The notes beneath the pieces were generated by a model. It had not been told where the DNA came from. It worked only from the letters and a program-made list of their open reading frames with translations, and did no database searches. Positions 48,202 to 57,450 of a stretch of 64,000 bases of DNA are shown piece by piece. The translations under genes and the position numbers were made by a program. Every line of letters starts with the position of its first letter. The first letter of the stretch is position 1. The stretch is from Calditrichia bacterium (GTDB taxonomy: Bacteria; Calditrichota; Calditrichia; JAJRVZ01), in NCBI GenBank assembly GCA_963796965.1, contig CAWCNS010000003.1, positions 1 to 64,000 of the forward strand. Reading direction: 5' to 3'.

Positions 48202-49285
48202 TTGGACAATAAGTCCCTGCAACAAAGACTTAATTGCCTGGTTTGATAAGAATAAGAGAATACTCCCCTGGCGGGGATCACCTGATTGGTATCATGTTTG
48301 GATTTCTGAGGTGATGCTTCAGCAGACACAGGTTGAACAGGTCATTCCCTATTTCATTCGTTTTATGGATATATTTAAAAATGTTGATCAACTGGCTAAT
48401 GCAGCGGAAGAACAAATTCTCAAAGTTTGGGAGGGATTAGGTTATTATTCCCGTGCAAGAAATCTTCACCAGTCTGCCAAGATTATAGTTAACGACTTTC
48501 AATCAGAAATTCCCCGGAGCTGGGAAGATCTCAAAAAATTACCCGGATTTGGACCTTACACCACGAACGCTGTTCTAAGTATCGCCTTCAATCAATCCTA
48601 TGGGGTAGTGGATGGTAATGTTAAAAGGGTAATTACCAGACTTTTCGCATTAAAAGATAATATTCGTAAACCCGCCACACACAAAAAAGTCCAGATACTT
48701 ATGGATTCTCTTCTACCTTCTGGAAATTCAGCCCGATTCAACGAGGCGATGATGGAGTTAGGAGCACTGGTTTGCCAGCCTATAAAGCCAGGATGCACCA
48801 CGTGTCCCATAAATATTAACTGTGATGCTTTTCAGCAGGGAGCAGTTCATAAATTTCCCGTCAAATCTAAAAAAAGTAAAATCCCTACCCGTGAATCGGT
48901 TGCTTTCATATTACACAGTAGAGGCGAATACCTCTTGGCTAAACGTCGATCGGAAAGTATGCTGGGGGGGTTATGGGAATTCCCAACCCGCCATGTACCT
49001 GATGGAAGTACGGTTAAATCTATTGAGAAAGATTTTCTTTCAGAATTTAATTCAGGTAAAACGACAAGAAATAAGCATTGGCCACCAATTAACCATACCT
49101 ATACACATTTTAAACTGATACTTCATCCAATATTACTGCTCAATGCACGGGAAGATATTAGATGCGATGGATATGAGGAAACAACCTGGAAGTCTCTAAG
49201 GGAGATCAAAAAATTACCCATGCACAGAGCGATTTGGAAAGTATTGGAAAAAGTTGAACAAGATCTAATAGCTATAACCGATTGA
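48202..49285 (+). CDS. mutY: A/G-specific adenine glycosylase; start apparently separated by a +1 frameshift at ~48223-48226
   Basis: WF....R.LPWR (in frame upstream of the ORF-track start), SEVMLQQTQV, WEGLGYYSRARNL, LPGFGPYT, VDGNV.RV, C-x6-C-x2-C-x5-C, GGLWEFP. Confidence 0.95.
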
Positions 49286-51931
49286 GAGATACCAGACATT
49301 TGATTTATGGCTTGTATCGCCATATCCAATAAATAACGGTCCAAGAATTGTATTAATACCTAACCAACCACCCATCCCTGAAAAGAAGTCATCTCCCTTC
49401 ATCACCAAATCTGGTGTTTCCCAAATTGCACCAATATCATAGCGTACAGCAAGATAAATATCTGAGATGATCTGAACAGGGAGTAAGTATCTGTATTCCA
49501 GGTTTGCTTTTATCACCTGCCGGCCAAAGAGTTCGTACTCATGTAATCCCATAAAATCATGGAGCCCTCCAATGCGAAACCATTCGGAGAAAGGAACGGT
49601 GAGGTCACCGATACCGATAGTGCCTGTAAAGTGAAAGGTATGTCTGTCCCAATAGGTATAATACCCCCCAAGATTTACATACGCTTTTGTATATTTCTCC
49701 TGACCTTGTGCAATTTGTTCATTTGCAGTTTCCCAGAACCAAACATTATAGACTCCTGATGTTGGAAATGCAATATTATCTCGTCCATCCGCAACTGACT
49801 TTATTGATAACGTTCGTAATTCACTATTCTGTGAGACTCTTTCCTTTTGATCATTTGTGAGATCACCAGAATAGGGTGAATCTTTTACATTTTCGACCCG
49901 AAGATCGATTGAAATTTGCCCTAATTTTTGCAACTGAAGGCCGATGCCAAGTTTAACCCCGCTCCTCAATTCATTATATTCACCCGACAAATCATTTTTC
50001 TGGTATATAGGAAATAATTTCCAATCATAGTATGCCTGAAAATTCATGGTTAAAAGCGTTTCAAAAATTCTGTCCACGCGATATTGAATACCCAGCCTGC
50101 GGTCCATTTCACCATAACGGCCGTTCAAATATAGTTTATATGCATTTCCTAAAAAATTTTCAGTACCCCATTCTGCATACACTTGTGCTCCGCGCTCTGA
50201 GCCGATTTTACCCCCAAGCCTTAACACAAACGGTTTTTTTTCTACCACTTTAATTGTAATTAAATAGTTTTTATCTTTGAGGTCTACATTAACACTAACC
50301 TTATCAAACAGTTGGGAATTATAGATATTATCAATTCCTTGTTTTACTAAATGTGAATTATAAATATCCCCTCTATCAAGCGGAAATTCACGTAAAATTA
50401 CAAAATCATGGGTAATCTCATTTCCCAGGATATTAATTTGGTGTATCCTTCCCTCATCTATATTTAAGAGAAGGTGCCCTGTCTCTTGGTTAAAATCGAT
50501 TTTTCTAAATCGTACTAATTTATAACCTCTATTTCGGTAATGGGACTTTATATCGTTTAAACCTCTTTGTAACTGAGAATAGTTAAGTGGTTGACTAATC
50601 TGATCGCTCAGGTAATCCTCAAACAATGAATCTTTGAATAATGTTTCACCCTCTATCTCTACCTTGATCAATGCCTTGTTTTCGCTGAGAGAATATCTGA
50701 GTACTCTCTTTTTATCTACTGTATCTATCGAAGCATTTACATTATGAAAGCTAGTCAGGGAAAAAATGCCATCAATATCGTTTTGGATCTGTGACAATGA
50801 AATGGGGTTACTACTTCCACCAAAAAGCCGAAAGTCCTTCGAGGATTTATTTGACGTACCGGCAAAATTTAAAATAAATTCATCATATTGATAATAGATT
50901 TCAGATTTAGGTGTGAGATTCGCATCGGTAAGTTCAAATAAACTAACCACTTGTTCATCTACGGCTTTCTCACCCTCAATAATCATACGATCAATTTCTT
51001 CAAATTCAGTACTTCCTATCCTCCCCAGATTAGGCTGAATTACCAGATCCGCAAGCTGCATCTGCTCTTTGTTTGTAGACTGCATCATAATAGAGGTAAC
51101 TTGATCAGCAATTTCCCATGGTGCTGCAAGCTCATGCCGCTCCCGAAGTGGGGCAGTACTATTTACCACAATTACAACATCCATTCCTAAAGCACGGGTA
51201 GCATCTACAGCGAAATTTGCTGAAAGCCCGCCATCTACAAGAAGCATACTATCCCACACTACAGGTGAGAACAACAATGGTACGGCAATGCTTGCATTTA
51301 TAGCCTCTGCCAGATCTCCCTTACCTATTACAACTCTTTGACCGGATATCAAGTCTGTAGAGATTGCACGGAAAGGTATTTCCAGATCATCAAAATCATA
51401 TACAGCCGGGAAGTTAGTATTATAAAGTTCATCATTTATTAGAGTCAATATCTTTTGACCCGAGGTAAGACTGGTGGGAATAAATGCATTAATACCATCA
51501 AAACGAACATTAACAATGTACCGATCGTTAGTAGCCTTTTGTCCTACAAATAAATTTTGTCTTTCTGTATAATCACTGAAAATAATATCCCAATTTATAT
51601 TCTTCATCGATTGTTCCAGCTGATCCACACTTAGCCCGGCAGCGTAGTATCCACCAACAACTGAGCCGATGCTTGTTCCCACTATTAAATCAATCGGAAT
51701 ATTATACTTCTCGAAACCCCTGAGAACACCGATATGAGAGATCCCTCTCGCGCCCCCTCCGGACAGCACCAGGCCAATTTTTGGTCTGGTCTTGCCCTCG
51801 ACTAATAGGTCCCTTGTAAGGACAGAAGAGACATCTGATTTTTGCCGCTCATAGATAATCTGTCCATATAGTTGGGGGACAAAGAGACAAACGAAGTACA
51901 AAATGAGATATTTTCGTAGTAATAATTGCAA
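49265..51931 (-). CDS. Patatin-like phospholipase fused to POTRA and BamA/TamA-type barrel (PlpD-like, type Vd)
   Basis: Signal peptide; LSGGGARG, GTSIG, DGG; POTRA (I.GN..T..FVILRE); C-terminal barrel ending LSIGYSY. Confidence 0.9.
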   Translation of the reverse strand: MQLLLRKYLILYFVCLFVPQLYGQIIYERQKSDVSSVLTRDLLVEGKTRPKIGLVLSGGGARGISHIGVLRGFEKYNIPIDLIVGTSIGSVVGGYYAAGLSVDQLEQSMKNINWDIIFSDYTERQNLFVGQKATNDRYIVNVRFDGINAFIPTSLTSGQKILTLINDELYNTNFPAVYDFDDLEIPFRAISTDLISGQRVVIGKGDLAEAINASIAVPLLFSPVVWDSMLLVDGGLSANFAVDATRALGMDVVIVVNSTAPLRERHELAAPWEIADQVTSIMMQSTNKEQMQLADLVIQPNLGRIGSTEFEEIDRMIIEGEKAVDEQVVSLFELTDANLTPKSEIYYQYDEFILNFAGTSNKSSKDFRLFGGSSNPISLSQIQNDIDGIFSLTSFHNVNASIDTVDKKRVLRYSLSENKALIKVEIEGETLFKDSLFEDYLSDQISQPLNYSQLQRGLNDIKSHYRNRGYKLVRFRKIDFNQETGHLLLNIDEGRIHQINILGNEITHDFVILREFPLDRGDIYNSHLVKQGIDNIYNSQLFDKVSVNVDLKDKNYLITIKVVEKKPFVLRLGGKIGSERGAQVYAEWGTENFLGNAYKLYLNGRYGEMDRRLGIQYRVDRIFETLLTMNFQAYYDWKLFPIYQKNDLSGEYNELRSGVKLGIGLQLQKLGQISIDLRVENVKDSPYSGDLTNDQKERVSQNSELRTLSIKSVADGRDNIAFPTSGVYNVWFWETANEQIAQGQEKYTKAYVNLGGYYTYWDRHTFHFTGTIGIGDLTVPFSEWFRIGGLHDFMGLHEYELFGRQVIKANLEYRYLLPVQIISDIYLAVRYDIGAIWETPDLVMKGDDFFSGMGGWLGINTILGPLFIGYGDTSHKSNVWYLSIGYSY

Positions 51932-51945
51932 TGGTTTTCCAGAAA

Positions 51946-54900
51946 TTATTTTGAAAGTTCCGTATTTAGTGTACGAAAATATTCCTCGATCAACTTTTCA
52001 TAATCTGGATTATAGCCTTCTCGCAAAGCCCGAATTAAATCCAGTTTTAGTTGTTTTAGCCTCATATTTTCTGCGTTCTCCGAAATTCGAGGTGATTTAC
52101 GCTGATAGTCTTTTCCAACTTCAGCTAACCTTTTTCTACTATAATCTTTTTCTCTTACTGACTTTTGTGCATCCAGCATGCGAGAAAGGATTTGTTGCTG
52201 TCTTTCAATTGTTCGCTTGTCTATTTTTAAACTTTGCAAATCATTCATAACTTCACCCATTTCTTTGGCCATCTGGTCTAAATCCCCAAGGACATCCGAA
52301 TTGTCTTGCATACGACTACCCAATTCTTCCAAAGATTTTCGAATTGCACCTTGTTCAGCGGCCATTCGTCTCAACTGACCTTGTTGCTGCATCGATAGTT
52401 TACCCTGATTTCCACCAAAGAAGTTCAGACTCTCCTGATTTACCTGCCCCTGTTGTTTCGACAATTGTTCCATCTGCTCTAAATATTGTTCAAAGCCGAG
52501 AGCTGATGGTGAGCCGGAGAGCGATTCCATTGATTGCTGCATTTGCATAATGGCTTCATTTAAACCTGCCATCGATTTTTTTTGAAAATTACCAGCCGAC
52601 CCCCGTCGCCTGTTCTCCAACTCTCCTAAACTTTTTCTCATATTACCGTGTGCAGAGCCAAGTGATTTGCTCATTCCCGGAGATAGAAAGAAGGTTTCAT
52701 GAGAAAGATCAATAAGGTCACGGGTAACCCGCCCCATATTTTCTATCTGGTTTTGCTGGGATTGTGCCGTCTCCGGATACTTATTACTAAAATCAGATAA
52801 CTTTTTAGTTTCGTTAATTAACTCCTCTTCATTTTTCGAAAGTTGAAGTAAATTATTTGTGATCTTTTCCATCTTCGCCATTATTTTTTGGCGGTCTTTC
52901 TGCATCATATTCTGCTGGGCCCTCTGAAGTGCTTGCTTAAGTTTGTCTAACTTTTGACTTGACGCTTCTGAATGTTCACTAGCCGCCTGTTGATTCATTT
53001 GGGACATTTCCTGAGAGGCTTCATTCATTGATTTTTGAATCTGCTCCGACATCTCAGCCACTTTAGCAAGCTCTTGTTTGGTTTCAGGATATTGATTAAA
53101 TGCTTTCTCCTGAAACAAATCGCTGGCCGATTTCTCCAAATTGTTTAAAGATTCCAGTTGCGATTCTTCCCTTTTGTTGACAGAGTTCATATCATTCTCA
53201 CTAAGGGACTCCTCATTTGATAAACTTTCCGTTATTTTATCCTGTTCATTTTTCATTGCCTCTGACATCTGAACAAGACGATCGAGTTCCTGCTCAAGTC
53301 GAACCTTGTTGAATAGAGCTAGCGTTCTGTCAAGATTTTCCTTAAATCGTTCTTGATTGATTTTAAACTTTTCCAATGACTGTTGCGTGCTCTTTTGATT
53401 TAGGTTTTCTAAACTTTTTTGAATATCCTGCATGGCTTGAAGAAGTTCCGGAGAGGCAATTTCTTCAAACATTTGTTGTAAACGCTGATACTTTTCGAGA
53501 ACTTCAGGACTAAATAATTCATTTTTTTCAAGTTTATTGATAGCCTTCTCCAGATTTTCCTCTATTTTTTTTAGCTTTTCCTGGATTTTCTTTTGCTTTT
53601 CTAAACTTGCTTCGAGTGATCGTTTCCTTTCCCAATCGATCTCCTTTTCGCGTTTCATTTCTCTACTGATTTCTTCAAGATCTTTTTTAAGTTCTTCACT
53701 TTCAGCAGCTAAATCCTCCGTGGTTTCAATATTTTCATCCTGTACCATATTAAATTCGTCAAACAACTGATCAAGAGATGGAAAATGGATATAATAAGTT
53801 TCAGACCGACCAATTTTAGGGCCATTTATTACATCGTTATCTGTCAAGCTTACAAAATATTTGACGGCATCATCAAAACTTACCGGCATGACATCAAAAT
53901 TCCAGAAATAGGTGTGTTGAAAATGCTTGCTCTGATAGCCGGTAATATTCATTGGGATTTGCCGCCAGGTAGAATCTGTCGTCTCCTTAATTTTACCGAG
54001 AACCTGATAATTCAATTCCATTGTAGTAAAACCAAAATCATCATTTCCTTCGATCAGTAGATTAACAGCACCGTCAGCAGCAACTTCAATATCTTCACCT
54101 GGCTCAACAATTTCTACAACAGGAACCAGATCCTCGAGAATCGTAATATCATATTCAATTGGATTTTGATTATCTATCTCTTCCCGATCCATTATATAAA
54201 AATAATATGACAAATCACCAGTTACTTTAAATTCAAAGGAGAATCGGTCTTCCCGGACAACCCCCTTTTTCATTGAACTATCTGAAAAAACAATCCTCGC
54301 GTCTTGCAGAGATTTGTTTGCTCTTGCTGATATTGAAATAAATGATCCCGGATAGGCTATAATATCACCTACATTGGATTCCAGAAATATTTCTGAGAGT
54401 TGCGTGTACTTAGGTGGTACAATTCTAATAGACAAATCAGTGATAACTGGTGGAATTCGAGTAGTAACCTTAAATGAATGGCTGATCAGTTTATCCCGCC
54501 ACTCTGCAGAGATCATCGGTACTGCCTGGATATAATAATCAATGGATTCACGAATATTATCTAACTTTAGAATATATTGGGAACTTTTCTTTCGCATTGT
54601 GACGGATTGAAAAGCCTTTTCGCTTGATTTTTTGTATTTGAAAATACATTTTTCAATATCCGGACCATGATAATTCGCTTCAATTTCTAATGATTTTCCC
54701 GCAATCAATTCTTTGTTTCCAGGAATCACCTCAAACGAATAACTTGGTATTTTTGCATAATTTCCGCTTGGGTCAAAGATGCGCTTGGCCGATAGAGAAA
54801 TTGAATCAGGAATTAGGAGCATTAAACTTATACTTCCAATCAGGACAGGTAAAATAAGTCTGGTTGGCAAAAGAAAATTTTTAAATAGTATCTTATCCGC

Positions 54901-55323
54901 GAATGATATATTTTTAATGGTCTCATTAAAGCGATTAATAGCATGGTCTCTTATAGCTGCAGAACTTCCCCCAGGAAGGGTGCAAATAAGTTGGTAAATA
55001 TTGGTCAGTCTATCCGCAATGGAGGGATAGGAATGCCCTATAATTTTTGTAACGGCAGTAAGATCATTTTCACCAGAAACCCTTATTAGCCTCATCAAAG
55101 TTGAGAGAATAAGGCGGTAAGAAAGATATAATGTAATGCATCCATTAAATATCAACAAAAACCAACGGACAGCGTTGGAAAAGTAAAAGACACTATCTGC
55201 AAGTACTGTACTTATCCATATGATCAGGCAAAATACAGCAAAGCTGATTATACCAGCAATCGCTCTGTAAAAGAGGTTCTTACGCTCAAATCTAACGATT
55301 TTTTCTATGATTTGATGGGGCAT
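51946..55323 (-). CDS. DUF4175-like membrane-anchored long coiled-coil protein
   Basis: N-terminal TMs, Ig-like segments (PP.YT, D..P.V.I..P, DDFG, DND..GPK), long Q/E/K coiled coil, Y..LIEEYF..L terminus. Confidence 0.8.
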   Translation of the reverse strand: MPHQIIEKIVRFERKNLFYRAIAGIISFAVFCLIIWISTVLADSVFYFSNAVRWFLLIFNGCITLYLSYRLILSTLMRLIRVSGENDLTAVTKIIGHSYPSIADRLTNIYQLICTLPGGSSAAIRDHAINRFNETIKNISFADKILFKNFLLPTRLILPVLIGSISLMLLIPDSISLSAKRIFDPSGNYAKIPSYSFEVIPGNKELIAGKSLEIEANYHGPDIEKCIFKYKKSSEKAFQSVTMRKKSSQYILKLDNIRESIDYYIQAVPMISAEWRDKLISHSFKVTTRIPPVITDLSIRIVPPKYTQLSEIFLESNVGDIIAYPGSFISISARANKSLQDARIVFSDSSMKKGVVREDRFSFEFKVTGDLSYYFYIMDREEIDNQNPIEYDITILEDLVPVVEIVEPGEDIEVAADGAVNLLIEGNDDFGFTTMELNYQVLGKIKETTDSTWRQIPMNITGYQSKHFQHTYFWNFDVMPVSFDDAVKYFVSLTDNDVINGPKIGRSETYYIHFPSLDQLFDEFNMVQDENIETTEDLAAESEELKKDLEEISREMKREKEIDWERKRSLEASLEKQKKIQEKLKKIEENLEKAINKLEKNELFSPEVLEKYQRLQQMFEEIASPELLQAMQDIQKSLENLNQKSTQQSLEKFKINQERFKENLDRTLALFNKVRLEQELDRLVQMSEAMKNEQDKITESLSNEESLSENDMNSVNKREESQLESLNNLEKSASDLFQEKAFNQYPETKQELAKVAEMSEQIQKSMNEASQEMSQMNQQAASEHSEASSQKLDKLKQALQRAQQNMMQKDRQKIMAKMEKITNNLLQLSKNEEELINETKKLSDFSNKYPETAQSQQNQIENMGRVTRDLIDLSHETFFLSPGMSKSLGSAHGNMRKSLGELENRRRGSAGNFQKKSMAGLNEAIMQMQQSMESLSGSPSALGFEQYLEQMEQLSKQQGQVNQESLNFFGGNQGKLSMQQQGQLRRMAAEQGAIRKSLEELGSRMQDNSDVLGDLDQMAKEMGEVMNDLQSLKIDKRTIERQQQILSRMLDAQKSVREKDYSRKRLAEVGKDYQRKSPRISENAENMRLKQLKLDLIRALREGYNPDYEKLIEEYFRTLNTELSK

Positions 55324-55385
55324 AATTTCTTATCGTGTTTTTTCGACTTCTTCACCCATTGAGTCATTGTAGTAAGTAGTTTAGG

Positions 55386-56072
55386 TTAATAGATCAAAGA
55401 GTAAAGTAAAATATTTAAACCCATTTTTAGTGCAGCCTCTCTCTTGTCAGGAGGGTCACCATGTATTTCCGCATCCTCACATCCATCACTTATATCTGTA
55501 TTCGTAGTATAAAATACAACCAGCCGTCCCTCGTATATCAATCCATATCCCCGTGGTGGCCCTCCGTCATGTTCATGGATCTTGGGTAAACCGTTTGGAA
55601 AATCGAAATATATATTATATATGGGATGGCGGAATGGAAGTTCCACAAATTTTAATTCAGGAAAAACTTTGGCCATTTCCCGGCGGAATGATTTATCCAT
55701 ACCATAATCGTCATCAGCAAATAAAAACCCACCGGATACAAGGTAATTTCTCAGCCGGTTGGCCTCCTCCTCATTAAATTTTATATTTCCATGCCCGGCA
55801 ATATAGGCTGTGGGATAATTGAAGAAGTTCTCGTCCATAATTGCAGCGGTTACTTCTTTGGGAGATGTACGCAGGCCCAGCTCATCAGTCATATATTTTA
55901 GCAAGTTGGTAAAAGTCGTTTTATTGCCATACCAATCACCGCCTCCATCATACTTAATTCGCACAACAGAGAAATCATTGATACTACTCTGTGCGCGTCC
56001 TGATTGGCCCATCAGCAGTATTAAAAGAAATAGCCCGTTTGTAATCTGCAATTTGTAATTCGCAATTCGCAT
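55386..56072 (-). CDS. DUF4159 domain protein
   Basis: KYDGGGDWY, GHGNI.F, L..GGFL.ADD.YG, GLPKIHEHDG, MG.NI..Y; ATG 56072 gives a signal-like N-terminus. Confidence 0.88.
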   Translation of the reverse strand: MRIANYKLQITNGLFLLILLMGQSGRAQSSINDFSVVRIKYDGGGDWYGNKTTFTNLLKYMTDELGLRTSPKEVTAAIMDENFFNYPTAYIAGHGNIKFNEEEANRLRNYLVSGGFLFADDDYGMDKSFRREMAKVFPELKFVELPFRHPIYNIYFDFPNGLPKIHEHDGGPPRGYGLIYEGRLVVFYTTNTDISDGCEDAEIHGDPPDKREAALKMGLNILLYSLIY

Positions 56073-56121
56073 GTTCGATAGATTTTGAGGGTTAATCTTA
56101 TTGATTATTAATCGTATATAA

Positions 56122-56160
56122 TAAAAAAATCCCAAACTGTAATCAAACAATTTGGGATTT
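56122..56160 (-). terminator. Intrinsic terminator after the DUF456 gene
   Basis: Minus strand aaatcccaaa...tttgggattt followed by T-tract. Confidence 0.7.
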
Positions 56161-56182
56161 AAATTAGTGAAGTATACTCAGA

Positions 56183-56683
56183 TTAAAAAATTTTATATCC
56201 AATCATTATAATCATGGTTACTGCTCCACACATCTTGATTGACAGACCACCCAGTTTACCAATAAATGCACCAACACCAGATAATAATGAATCCTTCAAA
56301 TTATATGTTTTAATAAATTCTAGAATTGTGGCTCCGGCAAAAACACCAACGATTGATCCAATAATTGCACCAAGTACCGGCGTAACAAAGGCACCGCTTA
56401 TTGCCCCTCCAATGCCACCAATAATACTTCCTGTGATGCCCCACTTGGAAGCACCATATTTTCTTGCACTCACAATAATTAAAACATATTCTAAAAACTC
56501 AACCAGTAAAAATATGGCAAATAATGTTAGAACGAAGGTAAAGGAATAATCAGTAAAATTAGTAACAAGTCCATAAATAAAAGAATTTACAGCAATCAAT
56601 AAGTTTCCCGGGATGCTGTAAAAATTGGAAAAAGTCGAAATAACAAGTATTGCGACAAAAATTATTTCAATCAAACTATTCAT
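56183..56683 (-). CDS. DUF456 family membrane protein
   Basis: IPG, ARKYGASKWG..G.IIG, Gly-rich TMs, G.F.GA...E. Confidence 0.85.
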   Translation of the reverse strand: MNSLIEIIFVAILVISTFSNFYSIPGNLLIAVNSFIYGLVTNFTDYSFTFVLTLFAIFLLVEFLEYVLIIVSARKYGASKWGITGSIIGGIGGAISGAFVTPVLGAIIGSIVGVFAGATILEFIKTYNLKDSLLSGVGAFIGKLGGLSIKMCGAVTMIIMIGYKIF

Positions 56684-56694
56684 ATTATTTTATT

Positions 56695-57422
56695 CTATTT
56701 AGGACCTTGGGTAGCAAAATTATATCTTTTAGATCTACTTTTTAGATCCAGTTTATTTAATTCACTTCTGACAGAGAACCAGCCTATTTTCATAAAACCG
56801 TATTTGGCAGTATTTAATTCCTTTTTAATTTTATAGGCCCCATAAGCAGGGTACTCACGTACAATATTAGCAACCTTTTCTTCAAATGACATCTCAGAAA
56901 TAGGTTTAACCACTGGTGTAGGAATTTGTTCCCCGGCCGATTGGCTGCCGGTGCCATCGTTTCCACAGGAGCGGCTTCTTGTGGTTGTTGGGCCATTTGC
57001 TGTACTGGCTCATCTTTCGGTTGATTCAAGGTAATTTCTTTTGCTACCGGCTGTCCGGAAGACTCAAGCACCTCAAACTTATTTATTGCTTCATCAACCG
57101 AGTCATATACATCAAGGATATGATGAAATTCCAGAAGTTCAAAAATTTCGTAAACATCGGGAACCATGCGCACCAATTTCAGATCACCGCCATTCTCCCG
57201 GATTGATTTAATTTCACTAATAAAAATACCCCAACCCGCACTGCTAATATAATCAACATTTCCTAAATCTACAATTAGAAAAAACCGGCCTTGTTTTAAA
57301 AGTGAATCAAGAGCACGCTCTAATTCTGATGATGTCGTTGTATCAATGTATCCGCCAACTTTAATAATAGATATTTGATTTCGACTGCCTGCTACTTCCG
57401 CTGATACCTGAATACCTTCCAT
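56695..57422 (-). CDS. STAS anti-sigma-factor antagonist fused (across a frameshift near 56935-56950) to an HTH-like domain
   Basis: VGGYIDTTT, VDL..VDYISSAGWG, GGDLKL, EIFELL; P/Q/E linker; 72-aa downstream frame with EYPAYGAYKIKKELN; GAGGAGG RBS. Confidence 0.85.
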
Positions 57423-57450
57423 TCAGTCCTCCTCAAGTAATTACAAAAAC

